From the NCBI GenBank assembly GCA_016719635.1, contig JADJYT010000001.1:641205-705204 (forward strand): a DNA stretch of 64,000 bases, in the 5' to 3' direction. Source of the stretch: Sphingobacteriales bacterium. Its GTDB lineage: Bacteria; Bacteroidota; Bacteroidia; Chitinophagales; JADIYW01. Every line of letters starts with the position of its first letter. Position 1 is the stretch's first letter. This document shows, piece by piece, positions 19,804 through 29,093 of this stretch. The notes below the pieces were generated by a model. The model saw only the letters and a list, made by a program, of their open reading frames with translations, ran no database searches and was not told the origin of the DNA. Both the position numbers and the translations under genes were made by a program.

Positions 19804-21300
19804 TTACGATTTTATGTCAAATGGTAACTGAATAATGAATTTTGATCCTTCCTTAAACCTGCTTTCTACTTTTATTTTTCCCTGGTGTTTTTCAACAATC
19901 GACTTCACATAACTCAACCCCAGCCCAAACCCCTTGGTATCGTGGACATTTCCTCTGGAAACACGGTAGAATTTATCAAACACCTTCTGCTGATCCTCTC
20001 TGGAAAGTCCGACCCCATTATCTATAACTTCAATTTGTATGCCTGACGTATAGTTAAAAGTGTTAATTTTTATTAACGGCTTTTTATCATTGTACTTTAT
20101 AGCATTGTCAATCAGGTTGTTAATGACACTTGTAAAGTGCATTTCGTCAATTTTGGTGATGGGCTGTTCCGCCTTTAGGTTCAGTTCAATCCTGCCCTCC
20201 AAATCTTCCAGAATAAGATTGAATCTTGCAGCAGTGGCGGTAATAATAGCGTGAATATCCCTGTCTTCGAGGTTCAGCTGCAGCTCCCCTTTTTCCAATC
20301 GGGCCAGTTGTAATACCTGTTCAACATGATTGTACAAACGCTTATTCTCATCAAAGATGATTCCCGCATATTTTGCCCGGTTGTCCTCCGAAGAAGAGAT
20401 GGAATTATCTTTCAGCATTTCGCTGGCGATGGAAATGGTGGCTATCGGCGTCTTCAGTTCATGGGTCATATTGTTGATAAAATCTGTCTTCATATCCGAC
20501 AATTTCTTTTGCTTGAAAATTATCTGGAACAGCAGTATAAAGGAACCCACTACCATTAAAAAGAAAAAGGAAGAAGACAAAATCATCGGCGACATGGATG
20601 CATATAAATATTTCTTTCTGTCCGGCAGCATCAGTTTCAATGTCTTACATTCATTGATCATACTTCTTCTGAACAAGTCAATGGAATAAGGGGTCTTGTA
20701 TAGTTCCAGTAAAGGAGCGTTTTTAGAAAGCAACACAAAATTATTGGGTGCATATTCTGTAATACCGTAATGTGCTCTCGTTTTTATACCATGTGCCCTC
20801 AGTGCTTCGTCTATTATCTGTTTCAACCTGGAGGTATCAAGTAATTCAGTTACGGGCTGCAGGCTCGTCATTTGCTGCATCATAAACTCCTGCAGATTGT
20901 CTATTTCCAATGACAAATCAGCGGCGGCATTGCTTTCCGGTGACGGAAGCAGCGGATTGGTGTGGCTATGCTCATATTCACCATTCGTCAGTGGCGGACT
21001 CAGACGTTTAGGAGTATCAAATTCAGTATTCTCATCCTCATCACTTGACATTTCGATGATAATTCCGCCATTTTCATCCAGGTGAATCTTTCTGGACTGA
21101 ATCATTTTATTTACAATTGGCTGATAGGCCAAATCCTCAATTTTGGCGGACATATCAATCATCGCATCGTAAACCGCTTTGTCAAATTCCTGTTCACGCG
21201 ATTTTATAGCTCCCTTCAGCCAAAATAGTTGTACCACTCCGATTCCGAATAACCCTAGGAATAAAAGGATGGCAATGAAAAGCAGCAGATTTTTATTCAC
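19804..21300 (-). CDS. sensor histidine kinase (2 TM, HisKA + HATPase_c)
   Basis: H-box NNMTHELKTPIATI, N-box NLIDNAIKY, G-boxes DNGVGL and GFGLGLSYV. It lies 26 nt upstream of the regulator gene on the same strand. Confidence 0.9.
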   Translation of the reverse strand: MNKNLLLFIAILLFLGLFGIGVVQLFWLKGAIKSREQEFDKAVYDAMIDMSAKIEDLAYQPIVNKMIQSRKIHLDENGGIIIEMSSDEDENTEFDTPKRLSPPLTNGEYEHSHTNPLLPSPESNAAADLSLEIDNLQEFMMQQMTSLQPVTELLDTSRLKQIIDEALRAHGIKTRAHYGITEYAPNNFVLLSKNAPLLELYKTPYSIDLFRRSMINECKTLKLMLPDRKKYLYASMSPMILSSSFFFLMVVGSFILLFQIIFKQKKLSDMKTDFINNMTHELKTPIATISIASEMLKDNSISSSEDNRAKYAGIIFDENKRLYNHVEQVLQLARLEKGELQLNLEDRDIHAIITATAARFNLILEDLEGRIELNLKAEQPITKIDEMHFTSVINNLIDNAIKYNDKKPLIKINTFNYTSGIQIEVIDNGVGLSREDQQKVFDKFYRVSRGNVHDTKGFGLGLSYVKSIVEKHQGKIKVESRFKEGSKFIIQLPFDIKS

Positions 21301-21454
21301 ATTTCAAAATTACACCCCGGCATACTTGCAAAATGTTAACAATTCTTAATGTATTGATTCCTATCAGTTTAAAATTGAAAATCAAGTAATTACATAATTT
21401 ATAAAAACGAACTTTATCTTTACGGAGCGCTCAAAAACGGGCATACGGCAACAA

Positions 21455-22744
21455 ATGAAAAAAGCTATCCTTTCCGTATCCATTTTAATGGTAATAAAAA
21501 TGAATGCCTGCAGCCAGCAAGATCTACCGGTAGCGGGAAAGGTAAACGATCAGATACGCATTACAAGTGATTCCACTTTATCTTTTGCCTTTTATCCACC
21601 ACTAGATACCGTTCAACCAACTAAAGTGGCATTTATTTTTTTTGATCCGAGCGGGAATGGAGCCTTACCGGTTCATTTGTATAAGAAACTGGCAGATAAA
21701 TATAATATCGCTTTAATTGGAAACAACAACTCCTCCAATACGAATGATTTCAATTCCATAAGCGCTCATTTTGCGGCACTTTTGGGTGAATTAAAAACCA
21801 TCTATCATTTATCAGAAAAAAATATCGCTTTGTGGGGGTTTTCGGGAGGTGCAAAAGCGGCACTAAAAAACATTGGCCTGAACAACCAGATTAATTACTG
21901 CATCTACGGAGGTTCGGTCATGGATATTGAAAACAACCGCTGCGAATTACTGGGATTTAACGGAAAGCAGGATATGAATTATACCGATCTGCTTTGGTTT
22001 GCCAACGAACAACAGAAAAACCTTCGGCATTATCAGATTCAGTTTACAGGGAAACACACCTGGCCGGATACCATTACGGCAGAAAATGCATTTCGTTGGC
22101 TGCTCTTAAAAAAGATGCAGCGGAAGGAACTGGATAAAGACTCTAAATTAATATCCGGCACAAAATCGGCATTTAAGAAAGAAATTAAAAAGAAATTAAT
22201 CGCCACACACTATTTAGATGCGGTGAATGCCTGCAATAAGGCCATCTTCTTTCTGCAACAACTGACAGATGTCAGCCAATTTGAAACCCAAAAGGCATAC
22301 ATTCTGAACATGCCGCAATTTACCGCCGAATACAAAGCTTTTGAAACGTCCATACTCAAAGAAACAACACTAAAAAAGGAATACCTGCAAAACCTGTTCA
22401 GTAAAGACACGACTTACTGGAATAAGACAATCACTGAATTATTTGCGTCTTCAAAATCAGATAACTCAGGCGTTTACAACCGGTTGCTGGGATTTCTATC
22501 ACTGGCCGGTTATACCTATGCCAGCCGGTTGTTTCAGGTGAATGATATCAAGGCTTTAGAACAGATATTGTGCATCTACCATCATTCCGACCCAAGCAAT
22601 CCGGAGCAGGCTTATATGAGCGCAAAATTGTGGCTGCTGAAAAACGAACCTGAAAAAGCTAAAGAGATGCTGAAGGAATCCATACAATTAGGGATGGATA
22701 ACAGCAGGATCCAATCCGATGAAATCTTTAAACTTTTGAGATAA
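21455..22744 (+). CDS. exported hypothetical protein (esterase-like N-half with GFSGGA, helical-repeat C-half)
   Basis: 429 aa. Signal-like MKKAILSVSILMVIKMNACSQ, a GxSxG-like GFSGGA, and a C-terminal TPR-like helical region. No confident family. Confidence 0.5.
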   Translation: MKKAILSVSILMVIKMNACSQQDLPVAGKVNDQIRITSDSTLSFAFYPPLDTVQPTKVAFIFFDPSGNGALPVHLYKKLADKYNIALIGNNNSSNTNDFNSISAHFAALLGELKTIYHLSEKNIALWGFSGGAKAALKNIGLNNQINYCIYGGSVMDIENNRCELLGFNGKQDMNYTDLLWFANEQQKNLRHYQIQFTGKHTWPDTITAENAFRWLLLKKMQRKELDKDSKLISGTKSAFKKEIKKKLIATHYLDAVNACNKAIFFLQQLTDVSQFETQKAYILNMPQFTAEYKAFETSILKETTLKKEYLQNLFSKDTTYWNKTITELFASSKSDNSGVYNRLLGFLSLAGYTYASRLFQVNDIKALEQILCIYHHSDPSNPEQAYMSAKLWLLKNEPEKAKEMLKESIQLGMDNSRIQSDEIFKLLR

Positions 22745-22747
22745 AAA

Positions 22748-23086
22748 CTATCCTTGTATGATAGTTTTAGCTTCAGCGAGCTTTTTATCTATCTGTCCGG
22801 TCCAGAAATGGAAGTACATAATAAAATCTGACGCAAGGCTGAACAACGGATACTGGAAGGTGGCTGGTTTATTTTTCTCAAATATAAAATGTCCCATCCA
22901 TGCGAAACCATATCCGAAAACAGGCAGCAGAAAAAACATCCACCATTTATGTGTCAGGACTGCGGCAATGATGATAACAAACAAACCTGTTGTACCGATG
23001 TAGTGAAACATACGGCAGGTCGGATCGCTGTGTTCCGTCAGATAGTAGGGATAAAAATCTTTAAGTGTCTGATATTTTCTTTCCAT
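22748..23086 (-). CDS. DUF962 / Mpo1-like membrane protein
   Basis: 112 aa. FYPYYLTEHSDPTCRMFHYIGT, two TM helices, HFIFEKNKPATFQYPLFSLASDFIMY. Confidence 0.6.
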   Translation of the reverse strand: MERKYQTLKDFYPYYLTEHSDPTCRMFHYIGTTGLFVIIIAAVLTHKWWMFFLLPVFGYGFAWMGHFIFEKNKPATFQYPLFSLASDFIMYFHFWTGQIDKKLAEAKTIIQG

Positions 23087-23172
23087 AAATTCGGTTTAAA
23101 CGGTATGACCGAATAAAAATAATCATAATTTAGATATAATACACCCTTTTCGACTGCGGGATATACACTTTT

Positions 23173-23180
23173 TATCTTTG
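23173..23180 (+). promoter_or_regulatory. candidate -7 box (TATCTTTG), 4 nt before the ATG
   Basis: Exact TAnnTTTG. The G at 23180 is 4 nt from ATG 23185, the same geometry as at 14390. Confidence 0.3.
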
Positions 23181-23184
23181 CAGC

Positions 23185-24075
23185 ATGCAATTACGCAGCA
23201 AAGCATATGCTCAAATGCATGCCGCCACCTTTTTGTGGGGGATTACGGCTATACTCGGGAAGTTGATTAGCATCCGCGAATTTCCCCTAGTGTGGTACCG
23301 TATGTTTTTCATCAGCATCGTATTGTTTTTCATTCCAGGTTTAATATCCAAACTTAAAGCATTATCGAATAAGGAGATCCGTATTCTTTCAGGGATTGGC
23401 GTCATGATTGCGCTGCATTGGGTGGCATGGTATGGTTCTATTAAGTTTGCAAACGCCTCGGTAGCCGTAAGCTGTATCGCGCTTGTATCCTTATTCGTGG
23501 CATTACTGGAACCCCTGATTAATCGCACCCCGTTTATTAAATCCAATATTATCCTGGGGTTAGTCGTTATTCCGGGAATTCTGTTAATCAACGAATCACT
23601 GGACTTGAATTTTAAATTCGGATTTTTTCTGGGCATACTGGCAGCGTTGTTTGCGGCTGTTTTTACGATTCTGAATAAGCGGTTTACGCAGGCATTGGAC
23701 CCCAACCTCATTACCTTTACACAGATGCTGAGCGGTTGGATATTCCTGACCCTGTGCCTGCCTTTGTATATCCTGGAAAACCCGGGTAGTTTTCATTTAC
23801 CCGGTTGGAATGATTTTATACTGCTGCTTATATTATCTATCTTTTGCACCATTATTCCTTACAATCTTTTTTTAAGGGCGCTGAAAGCAAGCAATGCATT
23901 CACCACTTCCCTGATTAATAATCTGGAGCCGGTATATGGCATTCTGCTGGCGGTGATCTTCCTTCAGGAGAACAAACAGTTAAATCCTAAATTCTATTTC
24001 GGAACCGGAATTATTTTATCTGCAGTCTTTATTCATGCCTTTCTTAGCAACCCGAAGAAAACAACCATCATTTGA
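23185..24075 (+). CDS. DMT superfamily transporter (EamA-type, 10 TM)
   Basis: 296 aa, two EamA-like halves, highly hydrophobic. The antisense 166-aa ORF is a shadow. Confidence 0.8.
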   Translation: MQLRSKAYAQMHAATFLWGITAILGKLISIREFPLVWYRMFFISIVLFFIPGLISKLKALSNKEIRILSGIGVMIALHWVAWYGSIKFANASVAVSCIALVSLFVALLEPLINRTPFIKSNIILGLVVIPGILLINESLDLNFKFGFFLGILAALFAAVFTILNKRFTQALDPNLITFTQMLSGWIFLTLCLPLYILENPGSFHLPGWNDFILLLILSIFCTIIPYNLFLRALKASNAFTTSLINNLEPVYGILLAVIFLQENKQLNPKFYFGTGIILSAVFIHAFLSNPKKTTII

Positions 24076-24457
24076 ACACCGTTCCTTTCCTTGTCATCCA
24101 AGGGTGAATTTCATATGCCAGCCTACCGGACGTTATAGCAGGATCCGTTTGCAACACTTTCTCCACTTCAGTTGCATCCTTTAGATCAAAGATGAATATT
24201 CCGCGCCATAAGCCATCATCCAAAAACGGCCCGGAAACCAACAGCTTTCCCTCTTCTGACAGCCTGCCTATATTTTCCAGATGGCCTTTCTGGATCTGTT
24301 CCGCTGTGGAAGAATCCTGTGTCCTGTTTTTGCCCTTCGTCAGCATAACAAAGTAATACTGCTTCATTGCTGTATTTTCCCTTTTATCTTTTTCTTTCTT
24401 TCCGAAAGCAAATGACACAATAATACTTGCAATGGAAAAGGTGATTATTTTTTTCAT
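24068..24457 (-). CDS. YciI-like (Dabb-fold) protein with an N-terminal signal peptide
   Basis: MKKIITFSIASIIVSFAFG then YYFVMLTKGKN...HLENIGRLSEEGKLLVSGPF...LQTDPAITSGRLAYEIHPW. ATG at 24457, 20 nt after the acylase stop. Confidence 0.55.
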   Translation of the reverse strand: MKKIITFSIASIIVSFAFGKKEKDKRENTAMKQYYFVMLTKGKNRTQDSSTAEQIQKGHLENIGRLSEEGKLLVSGPFLDDGLWRGIFIFDLKDATEVEKVLQTDPAITSGRLAYEIHPWMTRKGTVFK

Positions 24458-24477
24458 GGTTTGGTGTTTGCCGTTAA

Positions 24478-26550
24478 TTACTCCCACGGATGGTAGCTAC
24501 GTTCTGCACTATTCAGAACCTCTTCTTTTCTTAATGACATTTTCTTGGTTTGCCCGTTTATAAATAACTCCATTTGGTCCGTATAATGTTTGCTATCCGG
24601 ATGCGTCGATGCACCAAACGGAGAAACGGTGTTGATTTCAACATTTTCTCTGCCAAATTTTATAAATTGCATATAGCCGTCTCCTGCCGTCATTTTGTAA
24701 ATACCCAGCTTCTTATCATACTTGGTATCGACCGCCCTGGGCACCTCAGACAAACCACTGATTGGGTAGCTTTTATTGCCCCTGACGAGACGCTGCAAAT
24801 GACCTAATTCCACATCTGTAGTTTTGAATTTTTTTAACAAATAATTTTTGGCTTTTGACAAAGCATCAATGACCTGTTCTTCCGATAGCGGTTTTTCCTT
24901 TATCATCAAGAAAGCAAATGGAATCTTTGACCTCCCATTCATGAATTTATTGGTCAACATGGCTATGCCGGCATTTTTGTCCGTTGAATGTCCGCTTAGA
25001 TCCCATTCTTTTATTTTAATAATGACATCTTTCAGTTCCGGATATTTAGATGTATCCAGTGTGAAAAGCGCACTGAAATTTCGTTTGTATCGGCCGTCCG
25101 GCTCATACGACAAATCGAATTTAATACGCTTAAAATCCTCCCAGGTAAATTTACCCGTATGTTCATTTAACAGGCTGGAAAAGCGTTCATTCCTGTTATA
25201 GGTGAACATCTGCAAGCCGACAAAATAATCTTTCGAATTTTCATCGTAGGCAGTGGCCTGCAAGGGTGTACCATTGCAATTGAATAAAAAACCGCATTCA
25301 GGGTTCAGGTATTTTATTTTTCGTTCATAGGATAACAGTTGTGTCCACCTATACCGCGACGACGTTCCCGCTACCGGGCGCTGCCAGTCAAGTGTCGAAT
25401 CACGGAGCGGTATTTTACCATCGGAAATAAAAAAGATATTACCTTCTTTATCGCCATAGGTGGTATTAAACAATGGCAAAGCATCCATTTTCAATACCTG
25501 CTGAAACTCCTCCAGATTAGCAGCTTTGTTCATCTTAAACCATTCCTCTGCACCGCGAATATCGGAAGCGGAAGGATAACGCAAGGCATACCAGCCCTGT
25601 TTGGTTTTAAAGACCGGTCCGTATTCACAAACAGGGATTTTACGCCGGACAGGAATCCTGATGGCACCTAATTTTATTTTAAGATGGACTGGCTTATAGC
25701 TGAAATCTTTCCAGGCGCCATCATACCAGTACCGTTTCTTACCGGCACTTAATTTCATTTTATAGACATCCCCGAAATTATGGTAATCAGTGGTGTGCGC
25801 CCAGCCCAGATGTTCGTTGCATCCAACAAAAACAGATACTCCACCAGGGAATAAACCTCCCAGACAGTTCCAACCTTCGCTGCTGTTGATATGCGCCTCG
25901 TACCAAGCCATCTGTCCTTCAACTGGCTGATGCGAGTTGACGAGCAGCCATATTTTACCGTCCTCTGTCCGCGAAGGCGCAAGTACCATCGCATTGGAAC
26001 CCGAACCTTTTTCATTGGGTTGAAAAAATTCAGTAGTGAGATTCTCTTTTATGGCTTTTAAGTCCATACCCGCCCCTGCCAGCAGAATGCCTAACGTAAC
26101 ATATCCTTTGATTACATCCTGTGGTGAAAACGGAAAGGTGTTTTTTACCAAAACCTCTTCCGGATGTTTCGACGCATAATCATTCACTCCCTGTGTGTAG
26201 CCTTCCACCACTTTCCTGAATTCAGGGGATAAATCGTTTTCATACCTGTTTTCCACCAGTGTATCAACGCCGAAGAACTGTATCGCATAATCAATCAACA
26301 CTCCATTTTTTCCCAATACACTTCCTAACATATTTTTGGAAGACAATAAATTATACTGTATCAATTTGAATGCATCTTCACTATGTGCCCAGGCCAGGCC
26401 ATATGCCGCATCGGCATCCGCTTTACCGTAAATGTGCGGCACCCCGAATGTATCCCGGACAATGGTTACATTTTCTTTCCGGTAGATATAGGCGGATTGT
26501 GCCGAGAAAGTACAGACTGCCACAAGTAACGAAAAGAATATTTTTTTCAT
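24478..26550 (-). CDS. penicillin acylase / AHL-acylase family Ntn-hydrolase (peptidase S45)
   Basis: 690 aa. Signal peptide, RDTFGVPHIYG N-terminal motif, predicted autoprocessing site GSGSNAMVLAP (Ser nucleophile). Confidence 0.85.
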   Translation of the reverse strand: MKKIFFSLLVAVCTFSAQSAYIYRKENVTIVRDTFGVPHIYGKADADAAYGLAWAHSEDAFKLIQYNLLSSKNMLGSVLGKNGVLIDYAIQFFGVDTLVENRYENDLSPEFRKVVEGYTQGVNDYASKHPEEVLVKNTFPFSPQDVIKGYVTLGILLAGAGMDLKAIKENLTTEFFQPNEKGSGSNAMVLAPSRTEDGKIWLLVNSHQPVEGQMAWYEAHINSSEGWNCLGGLFPGGVSVFVGCNEHLGWAHTTDYHNFGDVYKMKLSAGKKRYWYDGAWKDFSYKPVHLKIKLGAIRIPVRRKIPVCEYGPVFKTKQGWYALRYPSASDIRGAEEWFKMNKAANLEEFQQVLKMDALPLFNTTYGDKEGNIFFISDGKIPLRDSTLDWQRPVAGTSSRYRWTQLLSYERKIKYLNPECGFLFNCNGTPLQATAYDENSKDYFVGLQMFTYNRNERFSSLLNEHTGKFTWEDFKRIKFDLSYEPDGRYKRNFSALFTLDTSKYPELKDVIIKIKEWDLSGHSTDKNAGIAMLTNKFMNGRSKIPFAFLMIKEKPLSEEQVIDALSKAKNYLLKKFKTTDVELGHLQRLVRGNKSYPISGLSEVPRAVDTKYDKKLGIYKMTAGDGYMQFIKFGRENVEINTVSPFGASTHPDSKHYTDQMELFINGQTKKMSLRKEEVLNSAERSYHPWE

Positions 26551-26588
26551 AAAATTGTATCTGCTGAAAATAATAAAAAATAATAAAA

Positions 26589-26619
26589 TTGTATACCTGC
26601 TGGATTTAAATTAAATTTG
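26589..26619 (+). promoter_or_regulatory. candidate promoter for the thioesterase gene
   Basis: TTG (26589-91), a 20-nt spacer, then TAAATTTG (26612-19). It ends 13 nt before ATG 26633. Confidence 0.4.
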
Positions 26620-26632
26620 AGAAAAATCTTCC

Positions 26633-27037
26633 ATGACTTTCGAACAACGTGCGGAACTATCGGAAACACATATATTCAAGGCTGTATTTCCAAATACGAC
26701 TAACCACTACGATACATTGTTTGGGGGCACGGCCATGCAATTAATGGATGAGGTGGCGTTTATAACCGCTACCCGTTTTGCCCGGCAAAAGATGGTAACC
26801 GTCACTTCCGACAGGATTGATTTCAACATTCCCATCCCGAGTGGCACTATCATTGAGTTGATTGGAAAAGTGGTAAAGATGGGCAATACCAGTCTGGATA
26901 TCAAAGTGGAAATATTTATTGAACTTATGAACTCAGACAAACGGGAATTGGCCATTTCAGGCATGTTCAAGTTCGTGGCAATCGGAGAAAACAAGAAGCC
27001 GCTTAAAATTGATATTTCAACCATTAAACAAGATTAA
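26633..27037 (+). CDS. acyl-CoA thioesterase (hotdog fold, YciA-like)
   Basis: 134 aa. FPNTTNHYDTLFGGTAMQLMDEVAFITA is the typical 4HBT/BFIT hotdog core. Confidence 0.8.
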   Translation: MTFEQRAELSETHIFKAVFPNTTNHYDTLFGGTAMQLMDEVAFITATRFARQKMVTVTSDRIDFNIPIPSGTIIELIGKVVKMGNTSLDIKVEIFIELMNSDKRELAISGMFKFVAIGENKKPLKIDISTIKQD

Positions 27038-27042
27038 TCAAA

Positions 27043-28203
27043 ATGAAACACCTTTTATTCTTAATTTTCACTTCACTCACAATTCTATTAGCCGCGGAAG
27101 AAACAGGTATCCGGTTTGAACACGATGCCACCTGGCAGCAAATACTGGATAAAGCGAAGAAAGAAAATAAATTCATACTGCTGGATGCCTATGCCAGCTG
27201 GTGCGGCCCCTGCAAATGGATGGCGAAAGAGATATTTCCAAGGCCGGAAGTTGGAAAAACCATAAACCCATACTATGTGAGTGCCAAAATCGATATGGAA
27301 AAAGGGGAAGGCATTGAATTGTCCAAAAAATATGAAGTTCGAAATTATCCTACCTATCTATTCTTTGACCCGAATGGTAATCTGGTACACCGTAGCCTTG
27401 GTTCCATGATGGCTAAGGATTTCATGCAGGTCTGCAACGATGCACTGGACTCCACCAAACAATATGTGACATTGAGAAACAAATACCTGCAAGGCCAGCG
27501 AGACAGCGCCTTTCTGAAACAGTTTTCCTATATTGCCTCCAATGCTCAGGACAGCCTGTCTGCCATGTCAATGCTGAAATATTTCCAGGCCAACAACAAC
27601 CAGCTGAACAGCAATACCATTCAGTTTATTTTTGCATTGACCGCCAGCATCAATGATACAGGATTCAACATGATTTTAAATAACAAAGATGCATTCTATA
27701 AAGAAATAGGAAAAGACAAGGTAGATGAGTTACTGGAAGAATTGGTTTGGAATGAAGCCAAAAAAGCCGCAAAGAAAGGGACGGATAAAGATGCTTTCCG
27801 AAAAGTCATCCGGCAATACCTGCCGGACAAAACGGACCTGCTCTGTGCCGAATATGAATTGAGTTTGCTGAAACGAACTGGCAACTGGAAAGAATATGCG
27901 GTGAAGGCTGAAAAATTCGCGAACACTTACTGCCAGAATGACTATGAACGACTGAACAGCATCGCATATAATCTTTTTGAAAACTATACATCCAAGTCTG
28001 TTTTGGAATCAGGTCTTAAACTGGGTCTGCGATCGGTGGAATTGAAGAGTACGTTTGAAAACAACGACACTGTTGCCCGTTTGTATTACAAGCTAAATAA
28101 CAAAGCGAATGCAAAGCAGTATGCACAAAAGGCATATGATTTGGCAAAAGCCGCCGGCGAAGAGTCCTATGAACTTGAGGCATTTCTGAAATCACTGAAA
28201 TAG
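27043..28203 (+). CDS. exported thioredoxin-fold protein with helical C-terminal extension
   Basis: Signal peptide and a CxxC active site in YASWCGPCKWM. Confidence 0.75.
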   Translation: MKHLLFLIFTSLTILLAAEETGIRFEHDATWQQILDKAKKENKFILLDAYASWCGPCKWMAKEIFPRPEVGKTINPYYVSAKIDMEKGEGIELSKKYEVRNYPTYLFFDPNGNLVHRSLGSMMAKDFMQVCNDALDSTKQYVTLRNKYLQGQRDSAFLKQFSYIASNAQDSLSAMSMLKYFQANNNQLNSNTIQFIFALTASINDTGFNMILNNKDAFYKEIGKDKVDELLEELVWNEAKKAAKKGTDKDAFRKVIRQYLPDKTDLLCAEYELSLLKRTGNWKEYAVKAEKFANTYCQNDYERLNSIAYNLFENYTSKSVLESGLKLGLRSVELKSTFENNDTVARLYYKLNNKANAKQYAQKAYDLAKAAGEESYELEAFLKSLK

Positions 28204-28530
28204 TCATTTCATTAAGATCAGCTTTACCGTCTCGCTTTTGCGCATATCCGAATTCAGGATGAATGTTTTAGTCGTGTCATTATCATCTACGGAAATAGCG
28301 GCGGTATTGGGTGGTATCTTCCCCAGGTTTTCTGCAAACAATAACAACAGATTGTTTTTAGTTTTTAATTCTACGGGAACAGATAATTTTTCCTTTTTCA
28401 GCTGATAATTCATGAGAATCCAGTTTTCATTCAGCTTCAGCGAAACAATATCCCCATCTTCCTGATTGTTGTCCCAAATCTGCAGGCTGACTTTCTCACT
28501 CTTCACCGTACATTCTTTCTCCGCCACCAC
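28204..28530 (-). CDS. C-terminal part of a frameshifted exported protein gene (28204..29093)
   Basis: GTG-started 108-aa ORF. Its frame stays open upstream to 28614 (YSFSVLEKKTDSIINGKKSKSLELAKRK...). Confidence 0.5.
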   Translation of the reverse strand: MVAEKECTVKSEKVSLQIWDNNQEDGDIVSLKLNENWILMNYQLKKEKLSVPVELKTKNNLLLLFAENLGKIPPNTAAISVDDNDTTKTFILNSDMRKSETVKLILMK

Positions 28531-29093
28531 TTTTCTCTTCGCCAGCTCCAGTGATTTACTCTTCTTACCGTTGATGATGGAATCGGTTTTCTTTTCCAGA
28601 ACAGAAAAAGAGTATCATTTTGAACAGGCTTCAGCAAGACTGATGTAAAACATTCAAATACCGGGCTGTAGCTGCCCGAACTGTCTTTCAAAATAAAATC
28701 GGCGGTCTTTCTGAATACCGGATTTCTATACAAGTCCAGTTCCCGTTTACTATCACCGGTTTTTCGGAGTTTAAAATATCCTGAAAAACAATCCCGGATA
28801 TGGGGGTACATATATGGAAACTCATTGACTACTTTAAAAGAATCAATCCACAGTTTGTCAGGTTGCTGAAAATGCATGGATAATAAAAACTCGCCGGAAT
28901 AATCCCCGCTGAATAAATTCAGCCGCATGCTGCAGGTCTCATTCTTAGATTCCATTAAATCTGACTTTATGAAATAATCCCGATTATCTACATGTCCCAT
29001 AATCACCCCCCTCCATTTACCGGAAACATCTTCACTTCTGGAGAATGTTGCAGATAGAGAAAAGAGTATTGCTAAAACAAGCTTAGTTCTCAT
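28503..29093 (-). CDS. N-terminal part (signal peptide) of the same frameshifted gene, translationally coupled to folP
   Basis: MRTKLVLAILFSLSATFS signal peptide. The tail KRKPIPSSTVRRVNHWSWRREKWWRRKNVR looks out of frame. Its ATG overlaps the folP stop (ATGA). Confidence 0.5.
   Translation of the reverse strand: MRTKLVLAILFSLSATFSRSEDVSGKWRGVIMGHVDNRDYFIKSDLMESKNETCSMRLNLFSGDYSGEFLLSMHFQQPDKLWIDSFKVVNEFPYMYPHIRDCFSGYFKLRKTGDSKRELDLYRNPVFRKTADFILKDSSGSYSPVFECFTSVLLKPVQNDTLFLFWKRKPIPSSTVRRVNHWSWRREKWWRRKNVR

Noticed and set aside
23211-23711. 166-aa ORF antisense to the DMT transporter gene
   Set aside because: The plus-strand product is a coherent 10-TM EamA protein. The antisense product has no motifs and an Arg/Asn-rich shadow composition.
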